Positions 38,535-51,319 of a stretch of DNA of 64,000 nt are shown here, one piece after another. Made by a program: the position numbers and the translations under genes. The notes beneath the pieces were generated by a model, which saw only the letters and a list, made by a program, of their open reading frames with translations, made no database searches and had not been told where the DNA came from. Each line of letters begins with the position of its first letter. Position 1 is the first letter of the stretch. This DNA comes from Octopus vulgaris (taxonomy: Eukaryota), in the NCBI GenBank assembly GCA_951406725.2, contig OX597822.1:21762001-21826000 (forward strand). The letters are read 5' to 3'.

Positions 38535-39060
38535 AGAGGTTCTCAACCAGGGTCCATAGAAGATATTTTGGTGGTTCACACAACAAAATAGTAAATTGAG
38601 AATCTACAATAGTATTTTGAGGGCCCCTGAAAATATTTTACTTTAGATGTATGTACTGGTATCTTTTGAAAGAAACAGCTAAGTTTCTTTCTCTAACATC
38701 CTACATAACCTACATGAGTTAACCCATTTGTTACCAACCTGGCTGAAACTGGCTCTGGATCTGTAGCATAAATGTCATTTTTTCAAAATTTCTGAATTAA
38801 ATTCGTCTGCCAAAGCTTAGTCACAATTTATGTTCATCATTTTACTAAATTCTTTGTTATATCAAAAATAATTGAAAGGAAAGCAGAGCAACTCAAAATA
38901 AATACAGTAATGAAAGGGTTAATGTGTAAAAAATGAAAATAGGAATTTTGAAAGAAATTTCTATAAAACTAGTTTTTTAACATCGAATGGCTATGGAGGT
39001 CCACTACAATAAAATAGTAATCAAAGGGGTCCATAGATAAAAAATGGTTGAGAGCCTCTG
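38535..39060. mobile_element. hAT-like MITE
   Basis: Termini agaggttctcaacc / ggttgagagcctctg. TSD not clear. Confidence 0.65.
38723..38918. mobile_element. piggyBac-like MITE nested in the hAT MITE
   Basis: TTAA|CCCATTTGTTAC ... GTAATGAAAGGG|TTAA. Confidence 0.75.
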
Positions 39061-39788
39061 GTTTAGGAGCTGATGTTCACAAGTTCAAATCTTATGGTGC
39101 TTAGTTTTGCCTTCCTTCCATTAGTCTAGAGTCATCTTCTTCACAGAGATTCTCAACATCTCAATAGCCTCCTCGGAGCCATCATCTGCACCAGCACCAT
39201 ATTGGCATTTTTTCTCTACAAGGAGGAGTTGGATAGAAGTGTAATACCAACAAAGACCACTTTTGTCAGACCTGATTGCCTTTGAAAATCTTTCTTGATC
39301 CATCTGTATTATCAGCTCCTGTAATTCATAACCCTCATCTTCCTCTCCATCCAGCATGATTTATTAGTGTTATGTACATCTATCCAGCCACAGTTTGCAT
39401 TTCCAGCTGCTCAGCCTTCTGTCTTGCAGATTAAAATTGAAATTCTTCAGGTCAAACTTAGCTGATATTTCATTTCACATATAAACATTGCCTAAACTGA
39501 TTCACAAACACTACACTTCTTAAAATATGTCAGCTTCAGAAGAGAAAATGTATTGACTCTCTTTAGACATTATGATCACATTGGCAAACAGATCCCCTGT
39601 CTGGGATTGTGTTTCAAGTACATATGCAAATATTCTAAACTATATTAAAAAATTAAAAACAAAACCCAAAAGTCACACAGCTAATTAACAAAATAATTTC
39701 ATTAGTGTTAGGCCACAACTATTAGTATACAAACAGTTTCTGCAACACAGTAATTGAGCATTACTATACATTCTAGCTGTATTTCTGT

Positions 39789-39793
<5 letters not shown>

Positions 39794-39872
<79 letters not shown>

Positions 39873-40165
39873 CTATCAGTCATTTTTTATGAACTTCTAG
39901 GTTACAGGGATGTAAACACACCAACACCGATTGTTAAGTAGTGATGGAGGGACAAACACAAGCACAAACACACACACATACATCGATATATATATATACA
40001 CGATGGGCTTCTTCCAGTTTCTGTCTACCAAATTCACTCACAGGGCTTTGGTTGGCCCAAAGCTATAGTAAAAGGCACTTGCCCAAGGTGCCATGCAGTG
40101 GGACTGAACCCAGAACCATGTGCTTGGGAAGCAAGCTTCTTACCATACAGCCATGCCTGCACCTA
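39794..40165 (-). mobile_element. (CT)n tract followed by an Octopus-type SINE
   Basis: (CT)n at 39794-39867, then SINE body and head to about 40165. Confidence 0.8.
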
Positions 40166-40979
40166 TAAACACACACACATGCACACACATCATGATTAGC
40201 TATGAGGAAAATATTACTTTCCTTAGAAACATGTAAGGAATGGCAAGAAGTGTCTGGCTATTGAAAAATCTGCCTCAAAAAGTTCTGTCCAACGTATGCA
40301 AGCATGGAAAGTGGACATTAAAATGATGGTGAGGACATGTGTGTGTGTGTGTGTGCGTGTGTGTATGTGTGTGTGCATATATGTAAACAGATATTTAGAT
40401 TAGTTCAAATGTGTTTTGAACATATTTAACCTGTTAAAAAGGCAGCCTTCACTGCAGATTACCATTGAGAAAAATGTTTGCTTTATGCAGTAGGTGTTAA
40501 AAACACCAGGAGACATTTCACAACGTTTCTGGTGGAACTGTGAATGTACTGTGTACCACAACAGTAACAACTCTGATATGATTCTGGAAGTCCTTGCTTC
40601 CTCATAGAAAATCAGTATCAAAACACAAACTGATTAAATATGATATAAGAATGGTTAGGTCAAAATATTGTAGTAGGCATGTGAAAGCATAGATCAATTC
40701 AAATATGTTTCAGATATATTTGACTACAAAGATGCTACCTTCACTGCAGTTTGCTATCAAAAGAAATTCTCACTTCAGGCATTAGTTATTAAAAGCACCA
40801 ACAGTAATTATAGGGCACCCTCTTGTGTAATGGTGAATGCATCCAGGTCTTTGCCACGGAGTGGACTGGAACACCTGGAAATTTAGGGCCTTTTATGAGG
40901 ATACAGTATGCCTCCAGAAGTAGACCCAACATTATGATCATAGAGCATAGTAACTGGACCTTAAGCCTCATGCCTTCTC

Positions 40980-41050
<71 letters not shown>

Positions 41051-42555
41051 CAAATATGCAAATCTTAGGATTAACTGTTCAAAGGAACATAACCTTTTAA
41101 AATAAAGCAGTTCTGCAATCCTTGAAGATCTATATTGTGGAACAAAATGTCTTTTGGTGGCCACATTACATTAAGACATATGTGTATACAATTATTTCCT
41201 CTGTTAATGTCTCTCTTTATCTCTCACCTCATCCCTGTGTATCTGTCTTGTTTTGTCTATCCCATTCTTTTTCTCATACACAAACACTTCACACACACAC
41301 ACATACACACATATACATGTAGTATCTCAAATTTAATAGAAGTAGCAATTTAGAAATTTTTACAGTCATGACTTCCAAAAGGATATTAGTAATGTAGATG
41401 AGATTTTTTTGAAACTTTGAATTGCAATAACAAAAATCAACGTAAAACTTAAGCTCATCAGGAGCTTTACAACTATGCAAATTAGGTTCACTCTTCAAAT
41501 ATATTTTCATACACATTCACCTTCATAGACACAAAGAGTTACAAAATTGATTACAAGACAAAAAGTAATACAAACAATTTTGAACATGGAAATAATTTTT
41601 AAATACCTACAGTACAATATACATTATTTTCATAGCTATGGTTGATGATAGTTCAAACTATATAAAAGTAAGCTCTCAAATTTAAAGTCAGTTTGATCCA
41701 TGCCATGCACAAAACTCTTGGTCCTTGAGTCACATTTTAACTTCTGCCAACTAAAAATAATTAGATATATGAAATAGCAATCTCTGTACCTTATCTATTG
41801 TATACACACAGTTAAAAAGTATGATGATGTAGTTTTTATTGGAAAGGATATCTCTTTATATACATGTTAGGAACACAATATACATTAGTGATGTGAATAT
41901 CATCACAGCAATGGCTCATGAGAATGAGGCCTTCTTTGGGCCTTGTAAATGATGTGTAATCAGTCACCACATGCTTTGATGAAATTTGTTCCTTCCAATA
42001 GTAAACAGTAAATAATACGTTCACTGATACTGAGTCACTGCTAGGATAATGTTCACTTCATTTTGACATATATTATGTTGGAAACATATGTATAAGAAAA
42101 AATTTTCTCTTAGACAAAAAACCACAGCATTATACCTTTCATTGGTGTATACATGTTAAGTATTAGACATGGATGACCAATTTAATTTAATGCAGCTTTG
42201 ATTGTGTACAACAAATAAAGTGTGTGTGCATGCACACACATGTGTGTGTGAATATATGTATGTATATATCTTACCCTAGAAAAGCTGCCTTCTCCTCAGT
42301 TTTGTTAAAACTAATTGGAATTTCCTCTAGTTTCTAGGAGAAAGATACTCTAGCATGAAACTTGCAGTGAAATAGTACAGTCACCTTGTAATGCTGGTCA
42401 GTGGAATCTACAATGGTCATTGAAAGATTTGCAAAAGTGTTGTACAAGTTTTTATCACTTAAATCCAATGACATACAGATGTCTCATTAATGTAAAACAG
42501 CTATCATCTTACAAGATGGGGCACTTATCACTAACACACACACACACACACATAT

Positions 42556-42875
42556 AGGGTAAAAGGGTAAAGAGCCCCCCTTTGTTCTTGAATGACCATG
42601 GGATTACACCTAGAAAGTTCCCCTCCAAGGCACAAGTCTGGGCAAGGTTGTCTGTGGAAGACCATGCATACAAGCCTTCCTTCTTCATGCTCCCAATGTT
42701 ATCCAAGGGAAAAGTAAAGGCTGATACAGCTTGGTACCAGTGAAATATACAGCTGAAATATATGACATGAAATAAAGCATTTGTTCAAGAACACAACATG
42801 CAGCCTGGTCTAGGAATTGAACTTACAACCTCATGATTATGAAGCAGATACTCTAACCACTGGGCCATGTGCCCT
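42556..42875 (-). mobile_element. tRNA-derived SINE (third family), decayed
   Basis: Minus-strand head ggcacatggcccagtggttagag...gttcaattcc and a TTTACC-type tail. Confidence 0.6.
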
Positions 42876-42879
42876 TTGA

Positions 42880-43850
42880 GGTTGAAAATGCACCCAAGTC
42901 TCAAAATGAGATGTAGTTTTAAATTTTTTGCTGTTCAATGGATAATAAAAAAATTTAAGAAAGGACTGAAGGTAGTAGAGAAAATTCAGTACAACATGCT
43001 TAAACAATCAAATGCTTAAACAAATTCTAATGTTTAATAAATTTCACAGTGATAGAGAAGAATAAATATTCAAATGTTTGGTCATTTGTGATTGAGAATT
43101 CAGTTGTCTTCAAAGAAAGAAGTTATATTAACAATGAGATACCATGAAGTTTTAAAAGGATAAAAAAAGATAGAAAGAATATTTAAAAGATTCTGTCATT
43201 GTACATGAAGGAGAATTCTTTGTTGTTGGTTTTGTTGGGGAGAATTTGAGTTCTGATTGGTTATAAACTCAATGACGTTAATTGTTCTCATCCACCTGTG
43301 GCTGGGGGACTGTGTAAATATGTCACTTGCTTTTTGGATGTTCTGGTCACATATTTTGGTTTGGCAATTGTCCAGCTTTCTGCTTGGCTGACTTACTGGT
43401 AACGTCATTTGTTTGCTAACTGCTTTGGTCACTTGTTTTTGACCAATAATACTTCAGTGCTCTGGCTGGTTGATTTTCTGCATATGCCATTTGGCTATCA
43501 AATATCTTGGTTACTTGTTTTTGACTGACGATTGTCCAATGTTCCTGTTGGCTGATTCTTTAAGATGTCACTTGTTAGCTGAAAGGTTCTTTCTTTTTTT
43601 TTTTTTCTGAGGGTCCGGTTTTGACCAGAAACAAAATCTAATTGGTTAAGTCTAGGGTGACATCATCAAAGAGTTGAGAAAATCTAAGTACAGAATGATA
43701 TAGAAGAAAAGAGACCAAAGTTAATAGATCTAAGAAATGCAACTTATGCAGAGGAGAAAGATCGAGCATTCTTTTTAGATCCAAGAATTCCACCAGATTC
43801 CTTAAATCTAGATCCAAAAGTTTTAACAGGTGCAGACATATGAACAAGTT
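42880..43850 (+). mobile_element. Decayed Naiad-type PLE endonuclease C-terminus, interrupted by a degenerate ~80-bp repeat tract (43300-43600)
   Basis: SKKCNLCRGERSSIL...FLKSRSKSFNRCRHMNK at 43729-43848 matches the CxLC..E...LN.RSE...CRH end of these PLEs. The upstream part is weak. Confidence 0.55.
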
Positions 43851-44359
43851 TTTTTTTGTTGGACTGCAGGACACTGCTCACTCTGGATTGACTCACTGTC
43901 TTGCAGGCTTGGACCTCCCCTCTGTAATATCATTCTACACCAGCTACATCAGTTATGATTTTTTTACCATCAAAGAGGATGAAGATCTTGGATTTCTTAC
44001 TTTTCTTTCTTCTCATTCCACTTCTTGCATCAACCTTCTTTGCATTGATTCATCTCATTTATCTTCATTTTGTCGTAGTCGAGCAGCCTTGTTTTAAATA
44101 CATCTCATGTATGAACTGAACCTGAATGATTGCTTAGTGATACATGGCTTGTTTTATAAGCCTGCCAATTTAAAGTATTAGTAGGTCTTTTATAATTGTG
44201 TATTAAATTGATGTTTATCTCATCAAAAAGATGGAATACTTTTTTGTTGAGTCTATCTATGTTGGATCTGTAAACTATACGTATGTATATGTGTGTGCGT
44301 GTGTGTGTGTGTATGTATGTGTGTATGGATGGATGGATGATAATATATATATATATACA

Positions 44360-44490
44360 CAGGGTGTCCCAAAAAAATGTATACACATAGTGGTTCGGCA
44401 AAAGAGAACGATAGAATAAGTACTAGGCTTACAAAGAATAACAAATTTACAATTATTTAAGGTGTGTATACATTTTTTTGGAACACCCTG
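44360..44490. mobile_element. Tc1/mariner-type MITE containing a SINE fragment
   Basis: 28-bp TIR CAGGGTGTCCCAAAAAAATGTATACACA. The interior 44392-44440 matches the Octopus-type SINE. Confidence 0.85.
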
Positions 44491-44537
44491 TATATATATA
44501 TATACTTTATTTAAAGCAGCAGAAAATTCAACAAAAC

Positions 44538-44575
44538 CTGTTACTCTGAGTTTCACATTCCCGTTCGTCGGACAG
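44538..44575 (-). ncRNA. Inverted copy of the same hammerhead
   Basis: Minus strand: ctgt CCGACGA ACG-GGAA-TGT GAA ACTCAGAGT A acag. Confidence 0.7.
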
Positions 44576-44577
44576 CA

Positions 44578-44624
44578 AAAACTGTCCGACGAACGGGAAC
44601 GTGAAACTCAGAGTAACAAGTTTT
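44578..44624 (+). ncRNA. Type I hammerhead (CCGACGA core)
   Basis: aaaactgt CCGACGA ACG-GGAA-CGT GAA ACTC-A-GAGT A acaagtttt. Confidence 0.75.
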
Positions 44625-44720
44625 GTTGAATTTCTGTTGCTTTAAATAAAGCATATTACTCTACCACTGGTATTTGAGTACTCTTTTTTCCACCTTGTTT
44701 CACATTTATGTGTTTACTCC

Positions 44721-44765
<45 letters not shown>

Positions 44766-44770
<5 letters not shown>

Positions 44771-44840
44771 CAAAACAGTTTGATTCAAACTCCTTGATAT
44801 TCAGAGTGCCAAGGAGTTTGAATCAAACTTTTTTGATCCA
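44766..44840. repeat. 75-nt hairpin (31-bp arms, 13-nt loop)
   Basis: tggatcaaaacagtttgattcaaactccttg / caaggagtttgaatcaaacttttttgatcca, one mismatch. Confidence 0.85.
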
Positions 44841-44974
44841 TAAATGTAACTCCCAACAAATGTGTTGAATGCCCTTCTTTCATCTGTCTACTCACTTGTG
44901 TGTGTGTGTGTGTGTGTATAAACACACACGCAAGCATGTACACACATATAACACTGTTAAATTATATTGAACAA

Positions 44975-46070
44975 ATGACAGAAGAGTGTTTAAACATTCT
45001 GGGAATTCCTTATGTTGGTTGTCTAATAGATATAATCCCACAAAGTTAGTCACTTCCGCTGAATCCAACGATCCCATTGTATCCTTTCTTGCCCACACTT
45101 TATTACCAAATTCAATAATAAATTTTCAGATTGTGAAGATTGCGTTGGTTTCTTTCATGCTGATCTTAGTGTGTTTCTTACCAAAAATAAGGGCAGGCTT
45201 TAAGATAGTAGGGTTTATAGAGGAGTGGTAATTTTGAATATCTGTATGTAAAAGTTTGTTTATCCTTATGTTGTATATTAGAGAACCAGCCTGCTGCATT
45301 TTGGGTATTAGTCCATAATTTAAGTTTAATCGTTTTTCCTAGGGGTAGGTATATACTTATCTAAAATTGCTTTGCTAAGTTTTCCTAAATCTGATTTATT
45401 GGGGCAAATTAGCCTAACCTGGGTGTTACTTAAGAAGTTATCCTTATAGTCCTTAATTGTAATGCAAGGTATAATAGGTGTAAAAGGTTCTGTTCTATCA
45501 TCTATATAGTAATCAGTCATAATTTTCTTAGGGTCTAAATTGATTGTTTTAAGAGTGCTTCTAGGAACTACTTTATATTTTTTTGTGATTTCTCTGTGGA
45601 TAAGTTCATGGTAAGTATTTATGTTCATGTTGTAAGTGTTTATGGTTTTGTCTGAATGTACTGTTATTCTTTTCTTAGATTTTCATTTGAGAATCAAGTT
45701 CTTTAGCTTCCTCTGATGTTCATTGTGTCTAAAGGGTGTTTTTTAAACTTAATGTCCTTAAAAGAGGACCATGGTTCTAGTTCAAATGCATAAGGTGGCT
45801 GTTTGGTGGTGGCGTTCTTCTAGTTCTGAAAATTTCTGTAAGGTCCTTATTGTCCATGGTGTTGGTGTTAGTGTTGACATTGTGAGAAGTTAGTTCATGC
45901 TCCCTGTCTAGTAGCAGGCTTTCCAGTGTAGTCTATTGGTGAATTCATTGATTTTAAATATTAGTTAACATAGATGTTCTTAGGAAGGATAGGTATATCT
46001 TTTAGGGATGAATCAATCTGCATATTCATTTTTACGAGTAGTATTCATTTTAAATACTTATTTATGTTAT
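44975..46070 (-). mobile_element. Decayed Naiad-type PLE (N-terminal and RT part)
   Basis: PCITIKDYKDNFLSNTQVRLICPNKSDLGKLSK and DTMGSLDSAEVTNFVGLYLL; same family type as 1-2130. Confidence 0.8.
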
Positions 46071-46389
46071 CTATTTAAGTAATTACTAAAAATTAATAAA
46101 CAAAATAGTAAATAAATAAGAAATAGACGATGTATATATTAAAGATGGTGTATCTTGAACCCTTCTCTGACTAAAACCTATTGGCGTATCCCACTAGTAT
46201 TTTTCATTTTTTATTATCTGTCCATCCTATCCCCCACTGTACAAAGGATTTATCCACCAATTGCTGTTTTTGGTTTAGTCATCTACTTAACATCCCAAAG
46301 ATACACACAAACAAAATGGTATGATTACAACCATATTCAACTTTTCTCTATTTCTTCTCTATGCTCTTTTTCTTTATCTATTCTTTATG

Positions 46390-46494
46390 CTGATGAAGCT
46401 CCACATTTCAGATTGGTTTTATTACCAAATATGATAAATATTTTTAGTGCATCAGTGGCAATACCATACAACATTGAAAGCAGAAACAGCTGTT
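46390..46494 (+). ncRNA. Decayed hammerhead motif, antisense to the adjacent PLE ORF
   Basis: CTGATGA ... GAA ACAGCTGT T with palindromic stem III. Stem I is unpaired. Located 95 nt upstream of (TA)n. Confidence 0.45.
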
Positions 46495-46936
46495 AGATGG
46501 GATGCAGTCTATTTGTATTAAATTAATAAATAATAATTGATGTAAGTCAATTGTTGTTCATCAATAATTTTTCCATTTTCTGTTTTCTCTATATAGATAT
46601 ATATATACATTTGCACATATATATATACATATAAATACACACATGTATATATACATACATACATACATACATATATATATATATACACACAAGTATATAA
46701 TATATATGTATAAATATACATATGTATATATATATCTATATATATATATATATATATATGAATATATATATATATGTATATACAAGTATATATATATATA
46801 TATAGATAGATAGATACACACATATATATACAAAACATATAGATATATATGTGTGTGCATGTATATGTATATATATATGTGTGTGTGTGCATATGTGTAT
46901 ATATGTGTGCATATTTGTACGTGTGTGTATGTATAT

Positions 46937-46977
<41 letters not shown>

Positions 46978-47151
46978 TGTGTTTGTGTTAAAAGATATTT
47001 CTTTTACTAAATGACATCTCTGAACCATAGTCAGAAAGTCTTTACATAGTCATTTTGGTTATTTGTGTATATGGTTCAATATAAATCGCTGCCACTTAGC
47101 TAATCTTTAAAAGCTATATAACTCCTAAATACACACATCCAAATGTATTTA

Positions 47152-47213
<62 letters not shown>

Positions 47214-47240
47214 AAATATGTGTTAAACTAGGATCACATA

Positions 47241-47305
<65 letters not shown>

Positions 47306-47934
47306 GGAGAGCGAGAGAAGGAGAGAGAGAGACAGAGAGAGAAAAAGTGAGATTTCTTGAGAGAAATAGATGTATGATGGTTTAATGAAGACTAAGTGGT
47401 TTCCATTCAAAACTTTGTCTGGTGACAATGCTTCTGCCATTATTTACTTAACTTGTTGAATAGCACAGATTTCCCTCATATCACTTACACACACATTCAC
47501 ACACCTCTTCTGAATCTTTCCCTCACACACATTAACTCATACATAATTGCATTAAGCCAGTATGTTTTATCCTAATGTTTACTACTGTATTTATAGTTCC
47601 ATCGCTCATAGCTTAACCTATAAGCACTTAATTGAATACTATGTAATACTAGTACATAATACCAAGACCGCCATCAGCATATGCTCATAATCATAATCAC
47701 CATCACCATTATCTCCATCATTCAGGTATAGCCAAGGGATATTAGATTGAGCAATTTTGTCTGTTCTATTTGTTTTGTTGAAAAGTTATGCTAGCAGTAA
47801 CAGAAATTAGCACTACCTTGAGATATACTCTAATACTACTTCCTGCACATGCACACACACACACACGCGCACGTGTGTGTATGCATGCAAGATTTAGTAT
47901 TAAAGCATATCCTAAGATAGTACTAACTTCTATC

Positions 47935-48670
47935 ATATCATCATCATCGTTTAACATCCACTTTCCATGTTGGCATAGGTTGGACGGTCTGACTGAGGAC
48001 TGGCAAGCCAGATGGCTACACCAGGCTACCAATCTGATCTGGCAGATTTTCCACAGTTGGATGCCTTTTCTAACACCAACCATTCTGAGAGTATAGTGGG
48101 TGCTTTTACATGCCACCGGCATGAGAGCCAGTCATGAAACAGTCACGCTCAAATGGTGTCTTTTACATGCCACCTGCACAGGAGCCAGTCTAGCAGCACT
48201 GGCAGTGACCTCACTCGAATGTTGTTCTTTATGTGCCACCGGCACAAGTGCCAGTAAAGCAATGCTGGTAATGATCATGCTCGAATGGTGCTTTTTCCAT
48301 GCCACCAGCATGGGAGCCAGTCAGTGGCCCTGGCAACAATCACGCTCGGATGGTGCTCTGATGGATGCCAGTCATGCGGTGCTGTCATCGAATTTGATTT
48401 CAATTTTGATTTCACTTGCCTTAACAGGTCTTTGCAAGCAGGGTTTAGTGTCCAATGAAAGAAAGGTATGCATAAGTGGGCTGGTTACACCACTGGCATA
48501 GGCCATGGGTTATGGCCTCACTTGGCTTGCCAAGTCTTCTCATATTTCCAAAGGTTTCAGTCACTAGTCATTGCTTCAGTGAAGCCTAGTGTTTGAAGGT
48601 CATGTTTCACCACCTCATCCTGGGTTTTCCTGGGCCTACCTCTTCCACAGGTTCTCTCAACCACTAGGAT
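47935..48670 (-). mobile_element. RTE LINE 3' end: ORF terminus, minisatellite UTR and (ATG)n tail
   Basis: 48530-48670 is the reverse complement of the GRGRPRK..DEVV..DL region at 35930-36060. Confidence 0.85.
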
Positions 48671-48677
48671 GTGACAC

Positions 48678-48722
<45 letters not shown>

Positions 48723-51319
48723 TATATATGTGTGTGCGTGTAGACCAGAGGGCTGTGCCACACTCTATTGTTTGTTTTTTCATGAATTCTACAGTTAGAT
48801 ACCCTTCCTAATGCCAACCCCTTTACAGGGTGTCTAGATGATTTTTTATGCCACCAGTACTGGTTGAGTCACCAAGTAACCTGCAGGACAAAGTTCTCTC
48901 AAGTGGGACTAGTAGTATTGAGAGTGGTGGCTCTGTGACAGTTGATGAGAAGCTAAAAGAATAATTGTGGGATAAAGATAGGTGTCTTGCTGTGGAAGAG
49001 GTACAGCTACAATCCAGTTAAAAAAAAAGGAGAGAGACTTAGAAGAAAAGACGCAGATAGAGAGAGTGAGAGAGGTGATAGTTGATATATGTTAGGACAT
49101 GCTCTCAAGGTACAGTGGATGGGGACTGAAAATAGGTGAAGTGATACAGAGGATTGGACTGGGCAAGTGAGACAAAGAGGAAAGTTTCATAAGAATGTGA
49201 GGAGAGATGGTTAGAAATGGGATAGAGGTGACTGTGGTAATTAATGGTGAGAGATATAGGAGTGGCTTAAGGGACGGATTATGTTAGATATTTGAGATCA
49301 TTGGGAGTGATAGCAGATAAAAGAGGCTTTAAGGATGAAGTATAGTAAAAGGAAGAGAGCATCATAACATGAGGAAGATAAGGAGGAATAGTAATGGTTC
49401 TGTTCAGGTATGAGGCCACAAATATGGTGAAAGGTAGTAGTCAATTATATCATCATCATCATTCAATGTCCACTTTCGATGCTGGCAAAGGCTGGATGGA
49501 TTGACATGAAGCTGACCAGCTGGGAGCTGTCCACGCTTTAATCATCTATTGTGACATGTTTTCTAAGCTGGATGCCCTTCCTAATGCCAACCACTTAACA
49601 GAGTGTGCTGGGTACTTTTTACATGCCACTGGCTTGATATAATAAATTTATATATGTGTAATGCATTTATGATATGTATATTATAAGTATAGGTGCAAGC
49701 ATAGCTGTGTGGTTAAGAAGTCACTTTCCATATGATTTGCCCAAGGTAGCATTGCATGGAACCTTGGGCAAATTCTTTCTACTGAACCAACCAAAACCAT
49801 GACAATTTGGGAGATGAAACTGAAAGCCCATAAGCGCGTGTGTGTGTGTGTGTTTGAGTTTTCTTTGTCTTGATATGTGATAATTGCTAGCAAGTAATAC
49901 CACCATACAATCGATATGATTCATTTCCAGCCTTCCTTGAAAACATATCTGGCCTCAGAGAAATATATTCTTGCTTGGAAACAGATGAGATTTGGCAAAA
50001 GGGAAAACTATTTGGCTAAAAGAGATCTGCCTCAATTAATTCCACCTGATACACGCAGGCACGGATAAGTGGATATCAAAATGTTAATGTCACATGTGTG
50101 CACACACACACAAATATTAGTGTATGTTATTTTTCTAGGTACTTTTATGTGCCTGTTTGTCTTCATTGCGTATTTGTATATGTATTACTCTGTAATTATA
50201 TGAGAGTTTGTGAGTAAGATTGTCTAAATGCCACTATGTGATCACATTTGAGCTTATGTCTATTTGTGTGATTTATGTGAGAGTTCATGTGTACATTGGA
50301 GTCTACCTATAAAACTGTGATTAACATTACTATGAATCTGTATCTTATTCCTTATGTGTCTGTGACCATCTGTTGTACTTTTTGTGAGTTGAAACATACT
50401 TTTAGTTCATATGAACAGATGTATCAATATATGGGAATATTCTGATGGCAACGATGATGGTTGTTGAAATCGGAATAGTTTTAATAAGGGTGATAGTAGA
50501 GATGGCAGTATAATGGCAGTAATGTTTGTATCATTAATTATGCCACAATTTAGTAGGTGGCAGTGGTAGTGCTGTTAATGATAGTGATAGTGAGGGCTAT
50601 TTTATCAGTGATGATATAATGATAGATTGTGACAACAATGGTATGGAGAAAACTGAATTGGTATGAGGTAAAACTGAATGGTAAATTGCAAAGGTGATGG
50701 AAGTTATTGATTATTTCCTAAAATATCCTGGTAATTATCTAAAACATTAGACTTTTCACTTGACATGATTTTTATTTAATAGAGACTTAGTTGATTTTTC
50801 ACTCCATTATTCTAGACATTTTAACACGTAAGACTACAAAATTTTCATCATAAAAACCTATGCCTTTATTACCAGATAATTTGTCAAAAATAAAGGTTTA
50901 TAAATTGAATCATAGCCCTAATACACATACATGCATAAAATAGATTACATGGATCTTTGTTAGTTTCATTACCTACTTCTTGAATCGTAATGTAAGTGAC
51001 TGAGTATTTCACAGATACTTACACCATTAATGCAATCCTGAGCCAGAATTGGCATGACACTGTGGGATGACAAATGCTGGCTCTTTGAATTTCAGGTGTA
51101 TTCTATCCAGCTGGCTTTTTCCAGTTTCCATTCACAATGCTTGTGTCAGTCTGAGACTATGGCAAAAACAAAGAAAAAACAAAACACTTCCTTGAGATAT
51201 CATGTAGTAGGATTGAATCCAAGCCTCATTGTAAAGAACAAACTTCTATACTTAACATATGATTGCTTCCATACTTAACATATGCATACATACATTTTTA
51301 TACATATACTCCATGTGAT

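Larger units (their letters stand above)
44501..44722 (+). mobile_element. Fold-back element with two inverted hammerheads, between (TA)n tracts
   Basis: Arms 44501-44575 and 44582-44656 are nearly perfectly complementary, followed by a unique tail to (TA)n at 44723. Confidence 0.85.

Noticed and set aside
39121-39357. 78-aa protein-like ORF (possible exon or RLE remnant)
   Set aside because: No recognisable motif, in-frame stops immediately upstream, and no convincing splice sites.
40400-40621. DFQNHIRV resembling a semaphorin motif
   Set aside because: The frame closes soon after and the neighbouring motifs are out of frame; likely coincidence.
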